64,000 nt of DNA from Zygnema circumcarinatum SAG 698-1b (taxonomy: Eukaryota; Plantae; Zygnematophyceae). The stretch covers positions 2,244,617 to 2,308,616 of the forward strand of contig CM074818.1 in NCBI GenBank assembly GCA_037447605.1, in the 5' to 3' direction. Every line of letters starts with the position of its first letter. Position 1 is the first letter of the stretch. The notes beneath the pieces were generated by a model. That model saw nothing but the letters and a program-made list of their open reading frames with translations, ran no database searches and was not told the DNA's origin. Shown piece by piece: positions 38,703 through 50,000 of this stretch. Position numbers and translations under genes: made by a program.

Positions 38703-40035
38703 AGAGGGGAGGGAGGGAGGGTTTGAGGGGAGGGGTTTAGAAGGGAGGGAGGGGAGGGAGAGGAGGGGCGGGGGGGGGGGAGGTGGGTTTGAGAGGAGGG
38801 GTTCAGGGGGGAGGGAGGGGAGGGGTGTGGGGTGGGGGGGGAGGGTTTGAGAGGAGGGGGGAGGGAGGGGAGGGAAGGGGGAGGAGGGTTTGGAGGGGTT
38901 CGGGGGAGGAGTCTTAATGGTTGTTTAGAGTAGGATTTTTAGGGTTTTTCGGAGCGTTTAAGGATTTTGAGAGGGAGGGTTGTACTTGGGCTGTGCGATC
39001 GATTGTTTCGGAGGACGATGGGGAACTGAACAAGAATTGTAAATGTAAAAAGGTTCATGTTAAAGCTTGTGAAGAAATGAATGTGATCGAGGAAAAATCA
39101 TCTGTCTGGTCACAGTATGTTCGATTTGTTGTGCTTTCATGTTTGGATGTAAAAAGGACATGGGAGATAGCTCAAGCTGAGCAGTAAACATATGGGACAT
39201 AGCACATTGAGCAGAGTACAGGAAGCACTGAATATTGGAAACAAATGACAAAAATTTTGAACTTAGAAGCGTAAAACTCTATCCACAAGAAAGGTGACGA
39301 CGATGGCATACACGAACCCGTTTTTTACTTAAACTTCCAAAAGAAAAAGAAAGGAACCATGATTCAAAATACAGCACATTAAACATAGACAGTGTAAACT
39401 GACGTTGCCATAAAAAGCAGACGGCACCTATAAGCAGATGTCAAAAAAGAAACAATATTTAATCACTAGAATAGAACTTTCAGTTTCCAGTTCCAGCGAG
39501 TTTTCAGAACCGAAAAAAAGACCAAGGCCTCCACCCTCTTAAAAGAGCATATCGGACCGAATGCAATGTAATTCTTGTTGGAGAAACAAAGGGACCAAAC
39601 AGAGCATCATAAATCTTAGAAAAAAAAAGGGAGCAGCGATTTACGGTTGGGGCCAAAGTCACACCTTGCAATGTGCATTTAAGTTTCGGTAATCAGAGAA
39701 TTTCGGCAACAGGGGGCTCTCAACATAGCACTGCTCCGTACACACAAATCGATACCCAGAGCTTCAGTGTGTGTGTGATAGAGAGAGAGAGGGAGAAAGG
39801 GAGAGAGGGAGAGAGGGAGAGAGGGAGATAGGGAGAGAGGGAGAGAGGGAGGGCGAGAGAGATGGAGAGAGGGAGAGAGGGGGAGAGGGGGAGAGGGGGG
39901 AGAGGGGGAGAGGAGGAGAGAGGGAGAGGGAGAGAGAGGGAGAGAGAGAAAGAGACACGCTTACAACCCTAATTAACCATAAGAGGCCAAACATAACCCT
40001 ATACCAATAAAGAATCAGCAACCTCCTTCTAACCA

Positions 40036-40892
40036 TCATACCTTATTCCCCCTCCCCTTCCCCCTCTTCCGCCCTCTTCCCTTGTGCAGGTCCATCCGAG
40101 CGAGCCACCGCTTCCGGTCTTCCTCTTGAAGCTGAAACTTCTGCTGCTGGTGAAAAAGTTTATCCGACGGCGAATCAGAGGGCGGCGTTGAGCCGTTATT
40201 TGGCACATAGAACCTCTCCGTAGTCTGTTCCGTAGACAGGGAATCGCGGGCCCTCCGTTGCGCCTCTAACTCCGCGTCGGCGCGTTGAATCCTCGCTTCC
40301 TCCTCGGCTTCGGAGGGGAGCACCTTGCCGTACCACTCCTGCAGAGAGAGAGAGAGAGGGGAAGAGAGAGGGAGAGAGGGAGGGAGAGGGAGGAGAAGAG
40401 AGAGCGGAAGGAGAGGGAAGGGGCGTGGGGGAGTGGGAGGAAGAGAAGGAGAGAATGGAGAGAGGGAGAGAGAAGGGGCGAGGGGGAGAGGGACGAAGAG
40501 AGGGAGAGAGGAGAGAGGGAGGAGAGAGAAGGGGCGAGGGGGGGAGGGAGAGAAAGAGAGAGAAAGAGGAGAGGTAGAGGGAGAGTGAGAGAGAGACAGA
40601 GAGAAAGAGGGGGGGGAACAGACGGAGAAAGAGGTGGTGAGAGAGGGACGGGGGGAAATTGGGAGAGTGGTGGAGTGACTCTTCCAATAACTTGACTATA
40701 CATAATCGACCTGCATGAAATAAAGCCGGAAAAAAAAAATTGATTGTTTAAGGGAAAAAGCAGCTGACCATTTCTTTTTGGAAAATTTTTTGGGCGTGCG
40801 CGAGAAGCTCCATATCCAGTCGGTTTTTGGCGCGAATTTCTTCATAGAACTCTTTGGGTAAATTTTCACGTTGCTGGGACGAAAGAGAGGGG

Positions 40893-40928
<36 letters not shown>

Positions 40929-40938
40929 NNNNNNNNNN

Positions 40939-40971
<33 letters not shown>

Positions 40972-43900
40972 GGGAAAGGAGGGAGGAGAGAGCGACAGGA
41001 GGGAAGGGAGAGAGGCGAGAGCGAGAGTGATGGAGAGGAGCGGAATGCGAGAGGCGAGTGAGGAAATGAGTGGGAGAGGGTGGGGAAGAGGGGAAGAGAG
41101 AGAGAGGGAGAGGGATGGAGGGAGAGGGGATGGTGAGAAAGCGAGAGCGAGAGAGGAGGGGGAAGAAGTGGGAGTGGCAAGCGTGAGAGGGAGAGAGCTA
41201 AGCATTCACCTTCAACGAAAAAGCATTGAAAACATTGAAAAGATATTGAAAACATTGAAAAGATAATGGGAGAAAAAAAAATTACCTCTTGAGAGAAGTC
41301 CAAAGAAAATCCCGTCATTGACTTTAGGGCGTGGTTTCTTCGATTCTTATACTTTGACCTCTGTAAAGTCACACACGTGTGGTAGTGCTGCAAGAGAGAG
41401 ACGGACCCCTGGAAACAACAAAGTAATAAAAAAATGTGATAAAAATGTCGTCTTAATTAAAGGTTTTAAAAAAACTTTTATTTGAGCTTAAGGAAGCCCC
41501 CTTATCTCTCCCATTCCTCTCCACCCTCTCTCCTCTCTCTTCCCCCTCTCCCTCCTCTCCCCCCTCCTCTCCCCCCTCTCCCTCTCTCACCTCGCCTCTC
41601 CCACTCCCACGTCTCCCTCCTCTACCCCCTCCCCTCCCCCCTCCCCGCTCTCCCTCCTCTCCCCCCCTCCCCTCCCCTCTCTCCCTCTCTCGTTCTCCTC
41701 TCTTCCCTCCGGCCTCTCCCTCCTCTCCCCCTCCCTTCCTCTTCCTCTCCCCACTCCAAAATCCCCTCACCCCCTTCCTCCCCCACCCCCTTCCTCTTAC
41801 CCGATCCCTATTTGGGGAAAATTCTAACGCCCGTCTATTCCTCCTCCCGTGAAAATTTTTCAAACCTAGGCCCTTCTTTCTTTCAAGTATTATTTCTCGT
41901 CTTTCTTCCGGACTCCTCCTGAGCATTTCCCCCCCTGTAAACCATCAAGGTTCCCCCCCCAACCCCCCGGAAAAAAATGTGAAAAAAATAGAAGGGGAAA
42001 AAATAAAATTCATGTTTAAAGGTTTTCTAGGTTATTAATGTCATGGGTTTGGAATTTAGGGTTTCAAGATTGAGGATATAGGGTTCAACTTTACGTTTCA
42101 GGGTTAAGGATACAATCTAAGGTTCAAGGATTATGGTAAAGGTTAGGGTTCAGGGTTGAGGGTTCAAATTAGGATTCCGGGTTTAGGGTTCAAATTAGGG
42201 TTCCGGGTTTAGGGTTCAAATGAGGGTTTTAGGTTTAGGGTTCAAATTAGGGTTTTGGGTTTAGGAATCAAATTAGGGTTCCGGGTTTAGGCTTCAAATG
42301 AGGGTTTGGGGTTCAGGGTTTACATTAGGGTTCCGAGTTTAGGGTTCAAATAAGTGTTCCGGGTTTAGGATTTACATTAGGGTTTCGGCTTTAGGGTTCA
42401 AATTAGGATTCCGGGTTTAGGGTTCAAATTAGGGTTCCGGGTTTAGGGTTCAAATGAGGGTTTTAGGTTTAGGGTTCAAATTAGGGTTTTGGGTTTAGGA
42501 ATCAAATTAGGGTTCCGGGTTTAGGCTTCAAATGAGGGTTTTGGGTTTAGGGTTCCGAGTTTAGGGTTCAAATAAGTGTTTCGGGTTTAGGATTTACATT
42601 AGGGTTTCGGCATTAGGGTTCAAATTAGGATTCCGGGTTTAGGGTTCAAATTAGGGTTCCGGGTTTAGGGTTCAAATGAGGGTTTTAGGTTTAGGGTTCA
42701 AATTAGGGTTTTGGGTTTAGGAATCAAATTAGGGTTCCGGGTTTAGCCTTCAAATGAGGGTTTGGGGTTTAGGGTTTACATTAGGGTTCCGAGTTTAGGG
42801 TTCAAATAAGTGTTCCGGGTTTAGGATTTACATTAGGGTTTCGGCTTTAGGGTTCAAATTAGGGTTCCGGGTTTAGGGTTCAAATGAGGGTTTTAGGTTT
42901 AGGGTTCAAATAGAGGTTTTGGGTTTAGGAATCAAATTAGGGTTCCGGGTGTAGGCTTCAAATGAGGGTTTTGGGTTTAGGGTTTACATTAGGGTTCCGA
43001 GTTTCGGGTTCAAATAAGTGTTCGGGTTTAGGATTTACATTAGGGTTTCGGCTTTAGGGTTCAAATTAGGGTTTTGGGTTTAGGAATCAAATTAGGGTTC
43101 CGGGTTTAGTCTTCAAATGAGGGTTTTGGGTTTAGGGTTCCGAGTTTAGGGTTCAAATAAGTGTTCCGGGTTAAGGATTTACGTTAGGGTTTCAGCTTTA
43201 GGGTTCAAATTAGGATTCCGGGTTTAGGGTTCAAATTAGGATTCCGGGTTTAGGGTTCAAATTATGGTTCCAAGTTTAGGGATCAAATTAGGGTTTTGGG
43301 TTCAGGATTCAAATTAGGGTTCAGGGTTCAGGGTTCCCACGGCGCATGGCCTGCGCGGGCGAGGAGAGCGGCAGGCGGATCGCGTGCGCGAGGAGGCGCG
43401 CGGAGGCTTTGTGCTGCGCGGTCAACCCCACGTGGAGCATGCGGTCCAACCGGGCCTGGGGGGGAGGAAGAGGGAGAGGGAGAGGGAAGGAGGGAGGGGG
43501 AGGGGGGAGGGGGAGGGGGAGGGGGAAGGGAGGGGGAGGGGGAGGGGGAGGGGGAGGGGGAGGGGAGGGGGAGGGGGAGGGGGAGGGGAGGGGGAGGGGG
43601 AGGGGGAGGGGGAGGGGGAGGGGGAGGGGGAGGGGGAGGGGGAGGGGGAGGGGGAGGGGAGGGAGGGAGGGAGGGGGAGGGAGGGAGGGGGAGGGGGAGG
43701 GGGAGGGGGAGGGGGAGGGAGGGAGGGGGAGGGGGAGGGGGAGGGGGAGGGGGAGGGAGGGAGGGAGGGAGGGGAGGGGGAGGGAGGGAGGGGAGGGAGG
43801 GAGGGGAGGGAGGGAGGGAGGGAGGGAGGGGAGGGGGAGGGAGGGAGGGAGGGGGAGGGGGCAGGGAGGGGGGGAGGAGGAAGGGAGGGAGGAGGGAGGA

Positions 43901-46900
43901 GGAGGGGGAGGGGGAGGGAGAGGGGGAGGAGGAGGGGGAGGGAGAGGGGGAGGAGGAGGGGGAGGGGGAGGGGGAGGGGGAGGGGAGGGGGAGGGGGAGG
44001 GGGAGGGAGGGAGAGGGAGGGAGAGGGGAGGGGGAGGGGGAGGGGGAGGGGGATGGGGAGGGAGAGGGGAGGGGGGAGGGGAGGGGAGGGGAGGGGGAGG
44101 GGAGGGGAGGGGAGGGGAGGGGGGTCAAGAGTTAGGGTTATGTTGAGGGTTCGGACTTTGGGTTTCATCTACAGTGCTGGCTACTTTCAGCTATGTGTTA
44201 ATTTCTGAAGGAAAAGCAAATGAGAGTCGATGGACAGAGCAACTACGAACTTACCAAATATCGAGCAGTACACCCTAATCCTTAAACGCTAGTTCAACCC
44301 TAAACCCTAAACCCTGCCCCCCTGCCGCCCCACCTTGGCCACCTCCAGCACGAGGTCCCCGAGGTCGGAGTGCGCCACGGCGCAGTGGCGGAGGAGAGTG
44401 GCGCCCTCGAGGCGGGAGTTGTTGGTCAGGCCGGCCACCTAGGGGGAGGAGGGGAGGGGGAGGGGGAGCGGGAGGGGGAGGGGGAGGGGGATAGAGAGGG
44501 AGAGGGAGAGGTAGGGGGGAAGGGGTTAGGGAGGGGGAGCGGGAGGGGGAGGGAGATAGAGAGGGAGAGGAAGAGGTAGGGGGGGAGGGGTTAGGGAGGG
44601 GGAGCGGGAGGGGGAGGGGGAGGGGGATAGAGAGGGAGAGGGAGAGGCAGGGGGGAGTGGTTAGGGAGGGGGGGCGGGAAAGGGAAGGGGGAGGGGGATA
44701 GACAGGGAGAGGGAGAGGTAGGGGGGGAGGGGTTAGGGAGGGGGAGCCGGAGGGAGAGGGAGAGAGAGAGGGAGAGGGAGAAAGTGAGGGAGAGGGAGAG
44801 GATGAGGAAAGGGGGGAGGAGGGGTTAGGGAGGGGGAGCAGAAGGGGAGGAGGGGGAGGGGGGGAGGGGGGGAGAGGGTGAGGGAGAGGAAGGGGGAGTG
44901 GGATAGCGACATGGAGAGGGTGGGGGATGAGGAAAGATAGGAGGAGGGGTGGGAAGGGATGGAGGGAGGGGGAGAGGGAGAGGGAGGGAGTGGTAGAGAG
45001 AGAGGGAGAGTGAGAGCGATAGCGATAGCGAGAGGGAGAGGGAGAGGAAGAGCGAGGTGGGGAGGGAGAGCGAGAGGGAGTGCAAGAGGGACAACATGAG
45101 TGAGGTGGAGAGGGAGAGGGAGAGGGAGAGGGAGAGGGAGAGGAGAGGAGAGGGAGAGGCACCTGCATGGTTCCTCCATTGTAAATTAGATCTTTTACTA
45201 ACGGGTGGTCTGCGAATTCCCTCAAACTCATTATGACATGTGGCGCGTTGTATGAGGCCGCCGGCCCCTTAAAATATTCGTCCGAAATAGTTTCGCCATC
45301 ACGTTGGTCCCTCCTCTGCCCGCCCCAGCAAGAAAATTTCTGCATCTGTTCAATTTTTTTCGAGCAAACCCTAGCACCAAGTGTCGAGTTCGCAAACCCC
45401 AAAAACTGAAAACACTCAATCGAAAAAGATTTAAATTCTGGGCAGTTCAACCTGAACCCGAAACCCTTATCCCCTTAAACTACTCCAAGCTACCAAAGGC
45501 CGCACCCACAACCCTTATCTTCCAAAACCCTGACCACCTACCTCCCTCCCTCCCTCCTCCCATCCTCCCTCCTCCCTCCTCCCTCCCTCCCTCCCTCCTC
45601 CCTCCCTCCCTCCTCCCTCCCTCCTCCTCCTCCCTCCCTCCTCCTCCCTCCCTCCCTCCCTCCGTCCCTCCCCTCCCTCCTCCCTCCCCCATCTCTTCTT
45701 TCTCCTCCCCTCCCTCCTCCTCCTCCCTCCTCCCTCCCTCCTCCCTCCTTCTTCCCGTCCTCCTCCCTCCCTCCCTTCCTCCCTCCCTCCCGTCCCTGTC
45801 CTCCTGTCCTCCCTCCTCCCTTCATCCCTCCCTTCCCCTACTTTTCCTCCCTCCTCCCTTCCTCCTCCTCCCTCCTCTCCTCCTCCTCCCTCCTCCTCCT
45901 CTCCTCCTCCTCCTCCCTCCTTCCCTCCCCTCCTCCTCCCTCCCTCCTCCTCCCTCCTCTTCTCCCCTCTTTCCCTCCCCTCCCTCCCCTCCTCCCTCCC
46001 TCCTCGGGTGATTCTCCTTCCTTCCCTTTCCTCCATCCTCCTCACCCTCGCCCACAGATCGTCCTCCATGAAGGGCACCAAATAACTCCACGGCCAAATG
46101 CTTCTTGTCTCCGTCCTCATCCTCTTCGGCATCGCCTCCTTCTCCGTCGAATTCCCTCCCTCTCCCTCTCCCTCCTCCCTCCCACTCATCCTCCTCCTCC
46201 CTTGCGAGCCCTCCCCCACATTCTGAGCCTGTTTGCTGGGGAGGGAGTCCTGCCATCTGAGGGAGCGCGCCGCTATCTCGACCACGAATTCGTACGCGCT
46301 GAGGAGGCGGTCGGCGGGGTCGCGCACGTTCGTGATGACGGAGGTGCCTTGGGGGGGGAGGCGGGACATGAGGCTGAAGTCGTCGTGGGTGGAGAGGAGA
46401 CGGCAGGAGGGGTTTCTGAGGGAGAGGGAGGGAGGGAGGGAGGATTTTTAGGGTTTGTTTGAATGGTAAGGATGAAGAGGGAATGATGGTAAGGGTTATA
46501 GAGGAAGAAGAGGGTTGATAGAGAGGGTTTCTGGGGGAGAGGAGGGAGGGAGGGAGGGAGGGAGGGAGGGAGGGANNNNNNNNNNGGGAGGGAGGGAGGG
46601 AGGGAGGGGGGGAGGTTAGGGTTAGTTTGAATGGTAAGGATGAAGTGGGAATGATGGTAAGGAGTATGGAGGAAGAAGAGGGCTGATAGAGAGAGGGTTT
46701 CTGGGGGAGAGGAGGGAGGGAGGGAGGGAGGGAGGACTTTTTGGGTTAGTTTGATTGGTGAGAATGAAGAGGTAATGATGGAAAGGAGAAGTATGCGGAA
46801 GAGGGTTGATAGATGGAGGGTTTCTGTGGAAGAGAGGAGTTTGTAGGTTATAGTTAGTTTAAATGAAGTTAGAAAAGTGATAATGATGAAGTGGGAATGA

Positions 46901-48494
46901 TGGAAAGGAGAAGTTTAGAGGACGGAGGTTGATAGAGTGAGGGTTTGTGTGAGGGAAAGTTTTGTTTGAGGGGGATATTTAGATGATGGTTCGAAAGGGT
47001 GAGCGGGATGAATGATGTGAAGGATGAGTTTAGAGGGAGGGCGGGAGGGAGGAAGGGAAATGAAAGGAAGAGCGAAGAAAGAGAGAGAGAGAGAGAGAGC
47101 GACAGAAAGAAAGAAAATAGCCAAAGTAGTAAACCAATAAAAGGGAAACGAAAAGGGAATGGAAAAAAAATATTCATATGACATAAACAAGAGGGCCGGG
47201 GTAGGTTTGAAATTTTTTACTCACTCGGGATTTAGGCGGAGGGTATCATATGATCGCGGGCACCTCTCATTCGGTGGAAAAATAGGTTTCAGGAAACTGA
47301 TTTGAGACAAGTAAGGAGTAAATTAATAATTAAATAAATAAATTATATCCACGAATTAATAAAAAAATGAATAAATAACTCAGTCGGTGGCCAACTCTGT
47401 CCGTGACCGACCGCCCGCCCGGAAAGATCGATCGGCCAATGAGGAACCGCCACGTGTAGGCCTCTCTGTTTACTAAAGAGGCGAAATCTTTCTTCAGCTC
47501 GTTGACAGAAAAAATTAGGAATCTCATCTCATCTCTCATAGGTGGGGAGAGAGGGAGGGGGAGAGAGAGACCGCGAGCGACAAAGAGAGACAACGAGAGA
47601 GAGAGAAAAGGGAAGAGGGGAGAAGAGCAGGGGAGAGGGAGAGAGGGAGCGAGCGACAAAGAGTGACAAAAAGAGACAAAGAGAGAGAAGGGGAAAGGAG
47701 AGAGAGAGCAGGAGAGAGGGAGAGAGAGGGAGCGAGCGGCAAAGAGAGACAAAGAGAGAGAAAGAGAGAGAAGGGGAAAGGAGAGAGAGAGAAGGGGAGA
47801 GGGAGAGAGAGGCTACCACTGGTGGTAGGTGCGCCCCCCCGTCCTGGGGATGTGCAGGAAGAAGAGCAGCGGCTTCAGCTGCGGGCGCTCGGCCGGGGGA
47901 GGATCCGCGCGGAGCTCCTCCATGGTTCTCCCGTGCCACTCCTGCACCCTCTCCCGACAGAGGGAGAGGGAGGGAGTGGGAGAGGGAGAGGCGGGAGAAG
48001 CCAGGACGGGCCGCGGGAGGAGTGGGAGTGGGAGAGGGAGTGCTGCAGGGGGGACCAATAAATGGAATAAGTTGAAAATGAGAGGAGGCTCAGAATACTA
48101 AACATGATCCCTTCAAAGGAAAAAAACCAAAGTATAAGCTTTGATCTGATTTCCTCGAAAAACCCTAAAATATATGAGGAGGTTGCAGTGCAGGGTTCAG
48201 GAGCTAAACGGAACAAACAATGCAAAGGCTTGCAAGGATCTGAAGGTTGTCACGTCAAAGTAGGGTTTAGGGCTTTAGGACGTGTCAGGGTTTCAGGCAC
48301 TGTCAGGATATTCGAGGGTTTCAGATCTCAGGGTTTCGGGATTAAGGGTTTTACGGTTGGGCATTTGTTGGTTTAGGGTTCAGGATTGAGGGTTCAGGAT
48401 TGCGGGTCAGGAATAAGGGTTCAGGATTAAGGGTTCAGGGTCCGGCACCTGCCGCAGTGATGAAAAGAAGGAGCACCATCCTGTACGGCTCCAT
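40036..48494 (-). CDS. TPST: Plant-type tyrosylprotein sulfotransferase, about 11 exons
   Basis: Exons 48494-48449, 48042-47817 (LLFFLHIPRTGGRTY), 47296-47225 (CPRSYDTLRLNP), 46415-46046 (CRLLSTHDDFSLMSRLP..TSVITNVRDP..RLLSAYEF..WPWSYLVPFMEDDLWAR), 45315-45163 (DLIYNGGTMQ), 44438-44334 (VAGLTNNS..LRHC), 43455-43341 (RLDRMLHVGLT), 41934-41801 (tentative), 41408-41286, 40873-40769 (NRLDMEL) and 40338-40036 (tentative last exon). The motifs match Arabidopsis TPST as I recall it. Confidence 0.9.
42040..43335 (+). repeat. Telomere-derived satellite in a TPST intron: 26-bp monomer arranged in ~234-bp higher-order repeats
   Basis: Monomer GGTTCAAATTAG-GGTTCCG-GGTTTAG. The order of monomer variants recurs at 42161, 42395, 42617, 42851, 43058 and 43202. 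Confidence 0.9.
43456..44125. repeat. Polypurine/polypyrimidine (GGGGGA/GGGA)n tract in a TPST intron, representative of many CT/GA tracts across the window
   Basis: About 670 bp of almost only G and A between TPST exons 44438-44334 and 43455-43341. Confidence 0.95.
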
Positions 48495-50000
48495 ATGCCT
48501 CACTCTCTCCGCCCTTCAATACCTCTTTCTCCCTCAGTTTCCCTCTCCTTCTCTCTCACTCTCTCGCCCCCTCTCTCTTCCCCTCTCCCTCTCCTTCTCC
48601 CTCTTCGTCTCTCCCTCTCTCTCTATCCCTCTCTAACCCCCTCTCTCTATCCCTCTCTAACCCCCTCTCTCATCTCTATCCCTCTCCTTCTCCCTTCCCT
48701 CTCCCTTCCCTCTCCCTTCCCTCTCCCTCCCCCTATTCCTTCCTTTCCCACAACGTACTTTAGGTCGGATCCAGATTCGTTGCATCCGTACATGTACCTT
48801 CGTACCTTCGCCTGCCCACTTACAACTCGCCGCCTGTCAAAAGTATACACGTGGCGTGTCGCCATTGCACGATTCCTCCCCGGAAAAAGGTAACCGTACG
48901 GTCAGGTTGACTTGTACTTCTGAGAGTCCCGTACAGACAATACTTTAAAGATACGATACGATAATATACAATATTGTATGGTCATGAGTTTATTTCTACC
49001 GCCAGTCAACGGCAAATTTCTAATCGACCAATCAAACGATGACACGTGATATCCGTACAGATGGACATCGAGACCTGTTGGTACCAATGCCGTATGTTAA
49101 TAAATACTTTTGGTGGCAGGCCGGGCGGGCGGCTTGTCGTTTGTGGCCGCCCTGCCTCTTATCGTCACACCATCGATATATCGGCAATAGCCGGCAAACT
49201 ATTGCCGGCGTCGCCCGCCGGCCGGCGGCCAAGCCTCCTAGCAAATCTGTCGGTCCGCCTGTAGACGGTAGAAAGTCTCGCCGGTCAGTTCCAATATGCT
49301 GGCGATATGGCGATATGTGATTCGGCAAATGTTCTAACAGCACTGCCAAATGGCGGTGGGCTTCCGAGGACTTCGGAAGACCGTCAAGTCAACGACGTTC
49401 AAACTTTCTTGACCGGCTGGACTATTTGCCGGCGCGGCAGATTCCCCGCGCCTCAGAGAAAGTCGTCGGCAGAATTCTGGAAGTCGTCGGCACAATAGTT
49501 AATGGTCGGCGTCGGCCGGCAAAAGGCGGAAAGGTTTCGACTTTGGCGGACTGCGATTTGGACGAAATACAGCACTGAACGTCACGTTCCATGTAACGCG
49601 ATCACTTAGAATAGTTTTACGCATTAACCGCCCCCTTTTCTTTGGGCGTCCTCACAGTATCGTACGGATAAATCTCCGTACATTAGGTTCGGGCACATAC
49701 CAAAGCAACACCGACCAATAGAAGCCTCTATTGTGTAGGACGTCGTTACGATTGGGCGACAATGTCAGTGAGGCCACGTGGTGAAACGTGATTGATTTAT
49801 GACAATTTTTGGGCTGTGCGTTTAGGAGTCTCGAGTGTGTCATTAGGGCGAGTCCAAGTCCTGCGCGCGTCTCGCCCGCCCTGACTCTCTCTCTCTCTTC
49901 CTCTCGCTCTCTCCCTCTCCCTCTCCCTCTCCTCTCGCCCTCTCCCTCTCCCTCTCCCTCTCCCTCTCCCTCTCCGAGAGAGGCTGCACTGAGAGCGGAG

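Noticed and set aside
43296-44208. Long Pro-rich / Gly-rich ORFs resembling extensins or glycine-rich proteins (also 36010-37242, 59720-60751 and many others)
   Set aside because: They are translations of CT/GA tracts that lack stop codons in most frames and lie inside introns of recognisable genes.
49130-49520. GCCGGC/GTCGGC-rich segment as a MITE or structured RNA
   Set aside because: Local palindromes are present, but I could not define termini, a TSD or an RNA family.
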